DNA of 56,094 nucleotides, filler included, from Sphacelaria rigidula (Eukaryota): NCBI GenBank assembly GCA_964200075.2. It is 5 parts of 5 records of this genome, joined end to end, with 100 filler letters (N's around TTAATTAATTAA, not from the genome) between each part and the next. Parts side by side here need not be neighbours in the genome. Positions count along the whole stretch, not along the records: positions 33,718 to 44,856 come from CAXNAA020005338.1; positions 44,957 to 56,094 come from CAXNAA020005339.1; 3 more parts are not named here. One strand, given 5' to 3'. This document shows, in pieces, positions 34,755 to 48,200 of the stretch; position 1 is the stretch's first letter, and each line of letters opens with the position of its first letter. Under the pieces are notes generated by a model. The model was not told the origin of the DNA. It ran no database searches and saw only the letters and a list, made by a program, of their open reading frames with translations. Both the position numbers and the translations under genes were made by a program.

Positions 34755-35491
34755 CTGGGCTAAGAAAATCCGTCACGTTATATAACATCCCCTGCGTATG
34801 GCCGTCGGGTGATCAGGAGTGTGCGGGACCGCAAAACGCTTCTCGTGTAGGGGGTGTTATACTGCGAAACAAACGGTAAAAGAAACTTCAAGTGCGTGCA
34901 CAACGAACACGCCTGCTGGTACGAGCATTAGCAAATGATATCACATCATGATCCATAAATCGAAGAAAAAAAATGGACACACTCGTCACATTCTATAATT
35001 GATGGTATAAACGAAACTCTGGATAGTAGTAGATCATAACCATTACTCAAAGTCAGAGGTACACCACTCGTCCTCGACGGGACAAGCAACACGCTACTAG
35101 TGATGAACCATGACCAGTAAAAAAAATGAAAACTTGGGCACACTCGTCGTCTCACATGAAGTGAGCAGATTGCTTAGATGATGGTTTCGAATTGCTTGAG
35201 TGAGAGAGTGAGTGAGTGAGTGATGTCATTGATGATGGCCGCACATGCATTGATCTCTCACGGATCCCGCCGTCGTCACATGGTAGAAAATGACCATTAA
35301 TCGCAAAACATGGGCACACTCGTCTTTCCTAGATGGGGTAGACAAGATACAGTAGTAATACAAGATGACCAAAAACCAAAAACATGGACACATACTGGTC
35401 GTCCCACGTCAGATGGAGTTCAAATAGAGCACCCACGACCAACCCTCATTACCACAGAACATCACACAATGACCAATAGTGAAATATATGG

Positions 35492-36616
35492 GAGCTGGGC
35501 CAGCCTAAAAATGGGTTTAGGCTCTCGAAGCAAATATCTCATCGACACAGACGAGTCGGGCCATGATCCGCACATCGAATTGATCGTCAAGTCAAAGGGA
35601 AGGTGCCCATCTGCTCACAAGTCTGGGCCAATATTTTTTCGTTGATCAAATCCCATGCCCAGTAATTCCTATACCGTACGGAAATAGCGTCCATACTAAA
35701 ATTTATACGAAATCCCGATCGATTTTTGGTGTGGGCATTCCCTGGAGCACGAAGAGGCGATATATACCCTCACCTTCACCTAAATCGTTATCTATCTCGA
35801 GATATGGCGCGTATAAGCTTCAATACTAAAATCAATACATTAAGAGCAGAGGCACCAGATGAACTAAATCTGGATATCGCGTCTCAGTTTTTGAGAGTTG
35901 AGCTATGAAACTTCGAATGGAGAACCGTTAGTGCATAATAAAGTAAAATAAAAAAGCTTCTTTGTTTTTTCTCGTGTTTTTTTTTTTTTCATATTTTAGG
36001 GTAGAATTGAGAAGAAATGAACATTGCTCTTGGGCCTTAGGCCGCTTCTTATAGACTAAAAAAAATCTCCCCGAGAACTGCCCTTTTTTGAAACTTTCAT
36101 CACGGATTATTGGCGAAATACGGGCCTTGGCGGATTGGGGCTCCTAGGAAGGATTTGCTATATTTTTCACGAGGATTCGAACGCGCTTGTCCGATCTTTC
36201 GTACGCCCAGTTTTACTTTTGGCCGGATTCGGGATTTTTTCAGTCGCCCCCAAAAACTTCGAGTTGTCGGGGAAAAGTACGTCTTTTTCACGACAACTGG
36301 ACGATTTGGGAGGCGACTGAAAAATTCAGAATCCGGTCAAAAGTGAAACTGGGCGTACAAACAATCGGAAAAGGGCGCTAGAATCCTCGTGAAGAATAAA
36401 GCAAATCCTTCCGAGGAGGCCAGATCCGCCAAGGCCCGTATTCCGCCAATAATCCGTGATGAAAGGTTCAAAAATGCAGTTCTCAGAGAATTTCTTTCAG
36501 TCTGGAGGAAGCGGCCTTATCTCAATATATGAATCAACTTTTAGAATTGTGATTTGAAGTTCACCATGGAGAACCACAGAGGTATGCTGGAGAAAAGAAA
36601 AATGGGCCTTGATTTT

Positions 36617-36647
<31 letters not shown>

Positions 36648-37156
36648 AGGTTCGGGTGTTCTCGTAAAAACATGGTAGTTACAATACTAAAAGGCCCTAC
36701 ACAAGTGAAAAAAATGAATAAATACCGACCTGACCCACTTTTTTTGCTCGTTGCGCCCTAGCGAGGTCCTACACAAAATTCCAATACACAAACACCAAAT
36801 GTGGGCCGGCAAGTGGCCTGCAAAATACTGTTCCGAATTTCTACCGATGCGGTTTTCAAAACGACTTATCCGCCGGCCAATATCCAAACCTGGTATGGGC
36901 AAACCATGGGGCATATTAAAAAAAAATCACGCGTGCACCCAAAGATTTTTTTCCCCATGAGTCTAAGGCAATAATCAGTTTTCAGGTATCAGTGAAATAC
37001 TGGTAAATCATGAAATAATAAAATCTTTGGGTGCACTGGTACTTGTTTTTATTATGCCCTATCCATTATCCATACCAGATGTTAGGATCCAACTCCAAGT
37101 ATTGGCCGGCGAATGGGCCTGCAAACTACAAATTCGCCTCTAGGCTGACCCAGCTG
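35492..37156 (-). mobile_element. Non-autonomous TIR element, copy 2 (PIF/Harbinger-like termini); another left end at 56027-56094
   Basis: GAGCTGGGCCAGCCTA at 35492 and TAGGCTGACCCAGCT at 37141-37155 form a TIR pair. Internal homology to 28904-29652. Confidence 0.7.
36040..36516. mobile_element. 477-bp foldback MITE, PIF/Harbinger (Tourist)-like
   Basis: The whole element is an imperfect inverted repeat (GGCCGCTTC..GAAGCGGCC) centred near 36280. TTA on both flanks. Empty site GAGATAAGGTCC at about 29518-29529. Confidence 0.88.
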
Positions 37157-37769
37157 GTAGGACACACTCACGTGCCAGGATCGAGATGACGCATAGAGGA
37201 TGGCCTAACCATTCACATAACCCCCCTGCGCCCGGCTTTATCACACATGGAACAACGTACCATGACCCAACAGACAAAAAAACCAAGGCCTGACATGGTC
37301 ACGTTTCAAGTTTCACACAAACGTTAAGCGAGGCCAGTACTACGGTGGGGGACCACGGGATCACGTGGGGGATATACTCATTTGTTGCTTGCGATAGTCG
37401 CTTGACTATTGACTACGCATCCCTTTCGAGACGGAGCACACGGGATCACGTGGGAAGCCCTGTTTTACCCTTTGACCGCGAGGGTAGGTCACCTGCTGAA
37501 TCGGCATCGATGTTCACTTGAGAAAAGTATGCATGATCCAGATGGACTACCCGCACCGCGGTGCAAGGATTCAAGTCAAGTCAAATCAGGGCTCTCCACG
37601 TGGTCCCCCACCGTGGTACCACCCTGGCTATTTTTTTACGTGAAGCGTGAAACGTGTAACATGTAACGTGTGAGGACATGAAACAAACCACTCGTACGGC
37701 ACCCCTGTTGCTTCGCAGGGGTGACTGCATGACCCCAAACCCTCCCGCACAAACAAGCACCTGACTCAC

Positions 37770-40700
37770 CAGCGCTCAGGGTATCTTCCTCCCCCTCCTC
37801 CTCGCCAACCGTTGAAAGCGCGCCAAGACCATTACCCTTGCCCCCAGCCCCCAACCCATCATCATCATCATCGTAGTCGTTGTCGTCGTCCTCTGGGGGT
37901 AACCGCGAGGCTCCAACGACCCCTCGCATGAACACCCCCGAGCCCTCCTTCCATCTGGTTTTGACGGGGAGCCCGCCGCCATCGCTGTTGCTGCCGCTGA
38001 TCCCGCCACTGGTTCCGCGACTGCCCGCATGACTCGGTGTCAGCGGCGGTTGTTCTGGCGGTGGGATGTCGTCCTCCAGTTGCGCCCCCTCATCCTCAAC
38101 CCCACTGGTGGCATTATCACCTGTATCGGCATCAGCTTCAGTAACAGCAACACCGTCGCCGTCGCCGCCTTCATCGCCGCCTCCGCTGTCCCGCATGTCG
38201 GTGATTTGACCGCGGGTGTTATTTTTGTTGTTGTTGTCGGTCCTTGGCGATCTCTGAGGTGTTTCCAGCGGCACCATTTGTTGAGGGGGTGGCGACGGCG
38301 GCCGTTGTTGTTGTTGTTGTTGTTGTTGAGGTGGTGGTTGTTGTCGTTGTGGCTGCGGTTGTGATTGTTGCTCTTCTTGTCGGCGATGTCGTCGTTCATT
38401 GTTGGCGGCGGCAGCCGCGGCAGCCGCGACGGCTGGGTGGCCGTGGGGCAAGCAGACGGACACCGGGGTGCCGTCGTTGAGCAGATGGGACAAGTGGTGA
38501 ACCTGCACAAACAAAAGAGAGCACACGGTGTTTATGGTAACATACTGTAGAGCACCCCCCGGCAGCAGCGCGATCTGCTAGAGATCATTGTACATGGAAC
38601 ACAAAAAAATGACACTGCGCTGCATGTTCTGGATGCAAGCGACCACCAACGACTGAGGGCGCGTTTTTTTGTCGACAGTGATCGCTCAGCTCTCTTTACA
38701 GAGTAAGACCGTACTGTATGGCAGTCACAGTAACAGATCTGTACGCAGATCGGGGATCTTAGATCCGAAAACGCCTTGTATCGACCTCAATTTGGCCCAA
38801 ATCGGGGAAACTCAGATTCGTTTGTCACGGATTGAGAACGGTTTCACACGAATCTGAGCGCAGATCCGTGGAAAATCGACGTCCCCCGAATCTGCAGCAA
38901 CTGACGTACGTATGTTGACGTACGATGATAGGGCAACAGGCGTTTGGTATTTTCGCAACAACAGCAGCAGACAGTCTCGTGACGAGACAGAAAGTGCCTG
39001 CGAGCGTCGGCTGCTAGAGCAGCTCCGTACGGGGTTCGACAAGTGGATAAGAAGTGTTGACGCCGCACCCTGCGGTTAACTCGAGAAAAAGTGAACCTCA
39101 AGTATGAAAATTTCGATACCTTGTCATCGGTTTCGGAGTTCCGAGTTACTGGAAAACAACCAAGGCTACTTCTGAAACACAAAAAGGGGAGGGGGAAGGG
39201 GGAGGGGGTGATGGGAAGGCCCAGACGGGATCTTCTCATCCAGTCGGCATATCGGTGTCTAAATATTGATGAGGGCCGACCCAAAAAGGTTTCCATGTAA
39301 TGTGACGTGGGGAGGGGACGCAAACAAAATACGAGATAAAAGATACTTTAAGCATAAGGCATCAAAGCACATGTTGGTCAAGGGATGGCAAAGATTTCAT
39401 ACCTTGGACAATATATGGCAAATAGTTGCAGTAGGCCTACACCTTACGCAGTAAATTTCTCGTCTATTGCAACTATTGACCATATACTGTCCAAGATGTG
39501 AAATCTTTCCATCAAGGCACCACATCCCAAAAAAATCTACTAGCCTATCTTTGGGGGAGGAAGAGCGGAGAGGGGGTGGAGGGTGGGGGGTGGTGGAGGG
39601 CTCATGTATCCGCAACGACACCACACTCTGGACTATGGACTACATTGTCAAAAGTATACTGCGTGCAGTATCGACTATCACGTCTAATGCAATAATAGAT
39701 ACTGTGTATGCAGTATTTTTAACGACATACGCAATAATCGATACTGAACTCCAAGCATTTTTGGAGGATGTAATCCTATGTCCAGGGTGCGAACGACAAC
39801 TATACTCCTAGACGGGGGGGGGGGGGAGGGGAGGGTACTCTAATCGAAGTAATTAGGCTGTCAGACGTCATCCGCTTAACCGAAAATGACACCGGTTCAC
39901 GTGTTGAATGTACGTGTTGTACACTCTGTCGAGAGATCGGTCCGAGCTGACCTCGAATGATAAATATAAAAAAACTGATGTGGTGATCGATAACAAATAC
40001 CAATGAGGCGGTTGACTATTTTGAGTCACCTGGAGGCCACGCCCCATGCTGTTGAGCAGGTTCAAGAAAGGGAAAAAATCACTTTACCCGACCACCCCAT
40101 GCACAGGTATGATGATTCGATTGATTGTCGCACTTTAACTGACCCCCCAGGGGTCCAGCCGTGGTCTCATGGTGGACGAACCCAAGAGAAAGAAACCGAC
40201 ACACGCTCTGGAGAAAAGAAGGAACAGAAGAAAAAAAAAAAGACGAACAGAAGGAACGCAGGGGGGAAATAAGCAAAAATAGAAGTTTTTTTAACGTGTT
40301 AACACGAAGAAAAAATAGTAAAAAAACAACCAATCAAATTCAAAATGAAGAAAAAAGAGAGAAGGCGATCGAAGGGGGAGACAAAAAAAGAAGAGAAAAG
40401 AGACGAGAAAAAAGAAGAGAATAGGAGAAAAAGAGGGGTAAGTGAAAGAGAACAAATTCAACGCAAGACAAAAAGACACAAAAAGACACAAGACACACAC
40501 ACATACGCACACACCAACCTCTGCAGGATCTTCGGGAGGGAAGCTTCGAGCGAAGTCCAGCAGATATCGTCGGTTGTCGGTGCCCACGTGACCCTCAATG
40601 TCGCACGCGGAGTGCATTTCCTGCAGCAAAAGGCGACGCCGAAGGTCTTGATTCAAGCGACATCAGTCGTGCAGTAACAGCCGAAGCAGCATCAGCAACA

Positions 40701-43519
40701 ACACGGGGTACACCACGAGGACACGCCAGCGGATACACATCACTGCCTCGACAAAAGACTACACTGTCAAAAAAATGTACTGCGTACAGTATGAAATCTT
40801 GTATATTATGATGGACACAATATTCGATACTGTACGCAGCGTCTGGGTGGTCAAAATTAAAATGGCCCGACAATCATCATCAGGGTGGAGAGGCCTCGAG
40901 TTCGATTCCCGATGCGTCGGGGTTTTCTTCCAAGTACAGTACTTGATCCCCACCGTCGGAAGCGTGAGGACGTGAGTACACAGAAAGTAGTCGACCGAGT
41001 TTGTTTGACGAGAATTGACGCGGTGCGGGAGTGCTGATAGTCATGACCCAATCCTCGAGACCAACATGCAAGGCTTGCGTGAACCGAAAAGAGATGGCTT
41101 GATTCCATGAGACATGAGACCACGGACTTGTCCCGAGGAAGGGGAGGGGTCAAGAGTTTGCCAAAAAAAAAAAAGTATTACGCGGCCAACAGTTGAGTAT
41201 ATATATATATATATGTATACAATAGAAGGGTCAGGGTTACACCGTCAGTAGAGACAGAACAGCAGCACACGCACACACAAACAACAAATTTGCCCTCGGG
41301 TCTGGAACATATCCGTTACATATTTTTTTGTTGAAATTAACTATATCAATTGCAAACGGAGGTGAACGAACCCCTTTCCATGCGCGAGTCTGCCAGGCCT
41401 CAGAAATCGTAGATTTGGTTATTTAAACCAGCGGTGATTCGTCCCATCCTTGCTTGAATAGCTCTTCACAGGGACTTCAAAAAGTATAGACAACAGCTAA
41501 ACTGTGAGGCATCACGTACCTAAGGGTTACAAAAGTTGGTTTCACATCCATGGCGTCAGGGATACTTACTGCAAAGAGACCGCCCCATTCCATCTCATTC
41601 CGTCCCATTTCATCCCAGTAGAGTTAACCAGAGTTGGGCTACAAAGTTGGATTACTTGATTTGCGTGCGGACAACGAGAATCGGATCTTAGTGGGCTTGA
41701 CAGTCCCGTGTGCTCCTAGCGTGCGCAGACAAGTATTCGTCCAAATCGGCGCCATGGTCGCCGATATGAGGTCTACCAACGCCAAACTTTTCCCCAAGAA
41801 CCTTATGCACCTCCCTTGCTTGAGAGTTCTCGGTACGCCTTGGGTCAGGACTGGGTTAGGGTTAGGGTTAGCGTGGGCGATGGTTGTAAAATATGTCAAC
41901 CATGAATAAAATATAGCCTAGCTCCGGTGAACCAACCTCTCCCATCTCATCTCATCCCACCTCATCCCATCACACCCACCTTTCCCTTCACCCTGTGGGA
42001 TCGTAGGTTCAGCTTTTCGGCTGCCGCTTTCAGCTTAACCTCCAGCTCTCGGTCCTCGTTGTACACCGTCTTGCCAGCATCCGAGGTCCCATACTTCAGT
42101 GTGTCGGGCCCTACCGGCAAATACGCCTGTTTCGTGTGTCGTGGGCAGTGAGGGCGCATTTCATCACTCCATCAAGATTCGGACGAAAAGTGATTATTTA
42201 TATTTTACTTGCTTTGAGTGTCTTCGATTCGTACCGTACGAATAAACCCTTGGGTTTTGATTTTCGCGTCGCCCCGCCCAAATTTGTTGCTTGCCGTAGT
42301 CATCTGGCCATGGACCACGCATCCCTTTCGAGACGAAGTACCGTTCCTACTCTTAAACCCCTCATTAATGGGATTTATATTTCAAAATGGATGAAAATAA
42401 ACGAAAAGTATGAAAATAACTTCGTCAATAAGGGCCCTGATGGTGACTCCTCCAACATATTAGCGTTCATCACGTGTCTTCCATACTTTACACAAAATCT
42501 TTTTACACACGCCATTCCCTTCCTGTTACGCCGTCTGTGGTCATCATCTGTATCCTCCCATGGCGGTCGTTTTCTCGCTGATGTTTGATGTAACAAAAGA
42601 TATCACGCTATCTTCGTGTACTTCCCACGTTTACCCTCTCGAACAGGTCCCGCTCCTCCTTGTATAGCTTACATTCTGCCACTACAGGAGTTTTGCTCCC
42701 TATTTCTTCGCCACGGGGACATTTCTGTTCATTATCTAATGTACCAAACGATTTCATGCCACCTTTGTTACCCGGAGAGGGAAGAGAGGGGGGGTGTACT
42801 CATGATCTTGCATGCCACAGTCATCTGACCATTAACCTCGCATCCCCACAAAGCCGGGACGGAGCACGCCGGGTTTTCACTCGACCAGGCTCGAACTCAA
42901 TCACCGAGCGCGATGCGCCGTGGTGTCGTCGGCGAGTCGCATGAAGGGTGAGCTGCATCCTGCTAAGATTGTTCGGCCCGAAGCCTACTGATTGTCTTGC
43001 ATTTGGATGACAGCCTCCAATGAGCTGCTTTTTTCATCTAGTATCGCAACTTCTAGACAGCCACGGCTTATGCTCTGCCTCACGGGTGTCTCACCAATCG
43101 AACGCTTCGTAGTACGATCGTCTCCTTTGCGCGAAGTTGAGGTTCTCCCACCCCGCAAAATATGAATTACAATAGCTTGGCCACCATCATGGTTACCGAA
43201 AAAAAAAATGTAAACGAGAAAGAAAAAAAGCGGGAACCGGACCAGGCTGAGGGATGGATTGGTGGGGGAGATTGTATTCGCTTCACCGTCAATCCAGACC
43301 GAGGCAAAAATGACAGGACACACAAGGCAAACGGAGCACTACTCGTGAAAGCAAAACCCAATCGCGGACTTGACATACACAAAAAACATATTGGATGAAG
43401 ACACACCTGTGCCGTCATCCTGAACCCCTTGAAGTCGATGACACACTGGAGCGCAAAATGAAGATCCCGAATACGCGCCCCCAGGTAATGCGTGGCCCCG
43501 CGCAAGTCGTGCCCCGCGC
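37770..43519 (-). CDS. CLU (clustered mitochondria/Clueless-like) domain protein, internal exons, partial
   Basis: Exons 43407-43519, 41980-42126, 40519-40620, 37770-38502; GT-AG and phase-consistent. CLU motifs AGHDLRG, CVIDFKGFRMTAQAYLP, TLKYGTSDAGKTV, AAEKLNLRSH, DIEGHVGTDNRRYLLDFARSFPP, followed by a Q/D/G low-complexity exon. Confidence 0.88.
39396..39503. mobile_element. ~108-bp MITE, same family as 25668-25841
   Basis: TIR TTTCATACCTTGGACAATATATGG / CCATATACTGTCCAAGATGTGAAA. Confidence 0.75.
40841..41149 (+). mobile_element. tRNA-derived SINE-like repeat (family 1)
   Basis: B box GAGTTCGATTCCC; the body matches 48993-49279 and 50536-50812. Confidence 0.75.
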
Positions 43520-44856
43520 CTGTCCAACAGAGTTACGACAGTTGGTAAACGACAAACTTATGTTGGTGGATGGTTGGGGTGCACAACATGTTTCCGGGTT
43601 ATGAATTGGTGGGAGGCCTTTATCGCATCAACAGAACAGCATGCGTATGAAATAGGTGAGAGCACGTCGCCATGAGCATTCCAATGGGCTAGGGATATCT
43701 CACATACACTTTCAAAGCGCGAATATCATGACTCATATATTAATCTAGCCCTCAGCTGTACGAGCCCTTAACGAGAACGATCTGGGTCCAAAGTTGTGCA
43801 ACCTCTACCGTGGCATGACTCGACATCACCATTGGTTGATTGATTGATCGAATGCCGCACATGAACTGCAACGGATCCGCTATACATTCAACCCTAGTCG
43901 CAAGATGGATATGCCGTAGGATGCGGCGACTTATCACATGTACGTGGTTTACCACCCCCGGGATAACATTACCGGGTGACAAATACCGAACATTCAGTGA
44001 CTTTGGCACCTCATCAGTACCTACTCTACTCTTCCACGGTTTGTCGTGTGCACACACATTCTTATTACGTGTATCGCACATGAATATTTTCGTCAGACAG
44101 TAGTCAGCGTCAGAAGTATGCAGGATCCGTAATTTCGTAGTTTCTCAAAGATTGTCCAAAATTGTTTTGCTTGCCACCGCTCATCACAGTGANNNNNNNN
44201 NCACAGTGACTGTTGGATGCCAAAAAATGGACATCCGGAGACATTTTAATCCTTTTGACAAATATTGAAAGAAAAATGATCTGCGATTAATAATGAGTGA
44301 CTTACGGGCTTGACCGATTTTCGGGGGTCCTGCGAAATACGACCCCAGACTCCAGCTTTTCGGTATTTTCGGTAGACCGACTCGATCCGAATCATATAAG
44401 TGAAGACTTAAAAAAGGATTTATTTATTTTTTATTTTACCTAGTCAGTGCGCTAAAGCAGGAAAACTATGTTTCTTGGACCATTTACGGTCAAAAACACC
44501 CTCCTGATAAACGTGGTCTTCACCCGGTATCGCCCCCACGACACCAACTTGGGCGATTGTGATTTGAGCGCGGTTTACATATTTTGCCAAAACTATCGAC
44601 GCTAGCACTTTCGAGTGCTCATGAAAAATGCTAGGCGAAAAAAAACCCGACGATAGGTCATCCGCAAAAAATGCTAAACTAAGGTCTGTGCAGTATAGGA
44701 GGGGAACACGACCTCGATCGTTTTTGTGAAGAGTTGTATACGTAGTCATTTATCTGAATATTTACCGTTTCGTCGCCGAAGAGCGGGAATACTGCTCATA
44801 TTGGACCAAAAACGGTCAATAACACCCTCCTGATAAACGGGGAATCAAGTCCGTAT

Positions 44857-44956
44857 NNNNNNNNNNNNNNNNNNNNNNNNNNNNNNNNNNNNNNNNNNNN
44901 TTAATTAATTAANNNNNNNNNNNNNNNNNNNNNNNNNNNNNNNNNNNNNNNNNNNN
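44857..44956. other. Assembly spacer
   Basis: 100 bp of N with TTAATTAATTAA. Confidence 0.99.
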
Positions 44957-45275
44957 CGAGAGGGATGCGTGGTCAATGGTCAAACGACTAAGGCAAGCAA
45001 CAAATGAGTACGCCCCCCCCCCAATAAAAAGCTCACAATAAAAAACACGAAACTGGCATGTCTCATCGAGTTGTCAAGCACAAAATATGCATTTGTCGGC
45101 AAATCCACAGCACTCGCATCAAGCAACGAAAAACATCAGCAGTAGACACTACAAGTCATACAAAAACTCACAATATAACACTGCGTCACGCTTGAATCCA
45201 ACAACAAACCCCCTACTGTAGCCGCAAGCATGGAGAAAGAAAAAAACCAGGTGCGACCGTCACATGCTCTCTCAC

Positions 45276-48200
45276 CCATACTGGCGTCCATTCGCCCATC
45301 CTTCCCGGGCCCCGCGGCGAGGAAGTTCGTGTATTCTTCCGCCTGCGCTCCAAAAGCAAGCGGAAGAACATTATAAGACTTGACCACTGCCGAACATAAA
45401 TATCTATACGTATGTCCCCCCCTCATGTACACTTGGTCACGCTTGTACACCGTCAATGTTGTCCGATTTTGTACGAGCTGGGCCAGATGTATATACCGCT
45501 TTCGCTTGCCACACCACAACTTATGAAGCTCTTCAAATCAGCGTGACTTGAGCATATCGCTGTGGAGTGCAGACCAACCAGTTAGGTAACACACGGCACA
45601 GCCGCTGAATGAAGAAAACAAAAATGTACAGCATAATAGATCACCTTAACGACGGGATTCGAACTCATAACCTCCACAACTGGAGCCTTCTCCATCACTT
45701 GAATTAAAGGGGCGCGGCCGCGTCACACGAAAAGTGCGATGCCGCGCTCGACTGAGGCATTTTTACCCGAAACTTTGCCGGGATGTCGTTGACGCGAATG
45801 CGCGTATGTGTTGGAGCGTTGTCGCCGTTATCAATTTTCAAGGAAATGACAGCATTTTTCCTGTTTTTGTTAAACTTCAACTTGCTCCAACTTCCTTTTT
45901 TTTCCCCTCTGCACCCCGTATAAGGTTGCGCGGGTTGATAAAAATGTCGTTTCGAAATTTCAGAGCCCAACTCTTCGAATTACCAATGGTCTCCACTCTT
46001 GCTTCAAACATCACGGTCAGCTGGCCTAGCTCGTACTCGTTTTTCTTTCTTATTTCTTCTTGCATTCTTTGGTGTTTCAAGTGGAAATAAATTTGTTACA
46101 ACAGTTGCCGCTGGCCCCCATGGGCCCGAACGGCCGCGGAAAAAAAGCCGGTCCGAAAATGACCGTATTCATCTCCCTTTCCAAGAGGCAAAACACACGT
46201 CGGGAGGGAAAAAAAGTCGTTCTCGCCGTCACTGGAACTTGATGCTAGAAAAATCAGATACACGAATCTGAAGGGAAAAAAAAAATCAAGAAAGGTCCAA
46301 TTGAGTATATTTTTTTCCGTTTTTTTTTGTGTAGAGAAAGGATAAATACATCGCACTAACATCGTTTCCGTTGTAGCTTTCCACTAAATCCAACCATAGC
46401 ATCGCTACGGAATTCGACTTCACGGTGCACAAGGGAAAGGGACACCTCTCGCGATAAAACTCAAGGCAAGGGGCGTAGAAGAAAGATGGGGTACTAAAAC
46501 ACAACAAAAGTGATGAAACCTTGTGTCGGCCTTCCTCCTGTGTGACCCCGGCTGATGCGCCCACATGTACCGATTGGTATAAACTGGCGTCCAGAACAGA
46601 TGGAATGACAACACGACACTCTGAAACCGTTGTACACAAACGACCAAATACCCAAACCCAAGCAAACTCATGGGACAGAGTAAGTATATAACAAGGCTAG
46701 GCTCCCAGGGAACACAGGCCACAACACTGCGGACGTTGTGCCGGTGCCCTATAATAGTTGGTAGAATTTGGGTCCATCGACCCAGCGCGGAGCATATAGG
46801 CAGGTTGTTAGTTGGTCGTCCTGTTGTAAAGAGAGTCGGGCCTCCTCACGAGGATCAGGGAATATGGCAAGCTCTTGATGGTGGGATATTGACCTTCGCG
46901 GATGATGTATTATAGTCTAGGAAACCGGAATTGAGGAAGCCCACGAGATACTAGGGACGTGCTCTCCGCAAACACTCAAGCATGAGTCATGCTACGGCAG
47001 GGGTGCACTATTGTGGCCAAAACTTGTCTGAGGTACGTTCACGCCTTGTGAAACGACACAATCCACATTTTCCCCCCCACACCCTTCATGATGACAGTAG
47101 ATTGAATTGTCGAGAAGTGTACCACGTACAGTACACTTCTTATACTGTCTGTTGCAATACAGTAGACCCAATACTTCATGTTGTACGCAGTACACTTTTT
47201 GACTATGTAATCCACTGTAATTATCCAGGATGCGTGCATGTTTCTTTTTTCTTCTTTTTCACAATTTGTGATGTCTTGCTCGTGAGAGGATCGCCTCGCG
47301 TTCACACGTAACCTCGTCCTAACTGCACTAGGACGAATGCGCGAGAGTTCATGTCTAACATCAACACGCTGTCCCACAAAAAAATAAGTGTGCATCCTTA
47401 CCGTATAGCACAATTTGATGGACGACGGAAAACGCGAAATTAAAGGCCAGATTCGTGCATTTGCAGTGTGCTCTGACTGACTTAATGACTGATTTGATTG
47501 ATTGATTGTCGTACATGAACTGATCCTGATTCCCGGAAGATCCAGTCTTGATTTGGTCATTATCCGCACGATTGACGGACGTACGTACCCAAGGTGAAAC
47601 AAAGCGGAAACGCTTGCTTCAAGAAGAAAAAAAACAAGAAAATGCAGTTCAAACCAAGAAACAGAGTGAATGGAATATACTGAAGAACCCAAACCAAATT
47701 CCATGTCATTGAATGGATGAATTGATCGAAATGCACAAGTTCGGCAAAAAGCCAGACAAAATATACAGAAGTTTTCATCACATTCCAGGTCGATGTTCGA
47801 CGTGCAAAAGTGGCGCCCCTGCACGGGCAATTTCTCACGAAGCGTGTTCGTATAACACAGTGCATACAGGTGGGTAAACATGTCGATTGTACAGTGAGAC
47901 AGTTCGAGAGAAAAGATTATAGAGTTTGCTCACGCCAGATACTTTTCACGATACCCTCCCTCCCCCCAAACCAGCCCACAACGATCACAGGGAAAACGGT
48001 CATGGAGCACTTGGATGATTGGTTTCATTCAGGCTGCCTGAAGCGCCTCCTGTGGTCGACATTGGCGAAAACGAACTCAAGCGCGGGAATCCCAAGCTGC
48101 GCGTTGTGCTCGGCTACTGCCGTTTTGGTTTCCAGTTAGGTTTGGCCTCCCCAAACCGATGGAGTGTCGCCATATACTTTTGATACAACAAAGCACACGC

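Noticed and set aside
34965..35480. Degenerate repeats of AAAA(C)ATGGRCACACTCGTC
   Set aside because: Real but short, irregular and highly decayed; no further structure could be supported.
37492..37516. 24-nt candidate exon (VNIDADSA) of the CLU gene
   Set aside because: It lies inside a dispersed repeat also present at 20641-20732.
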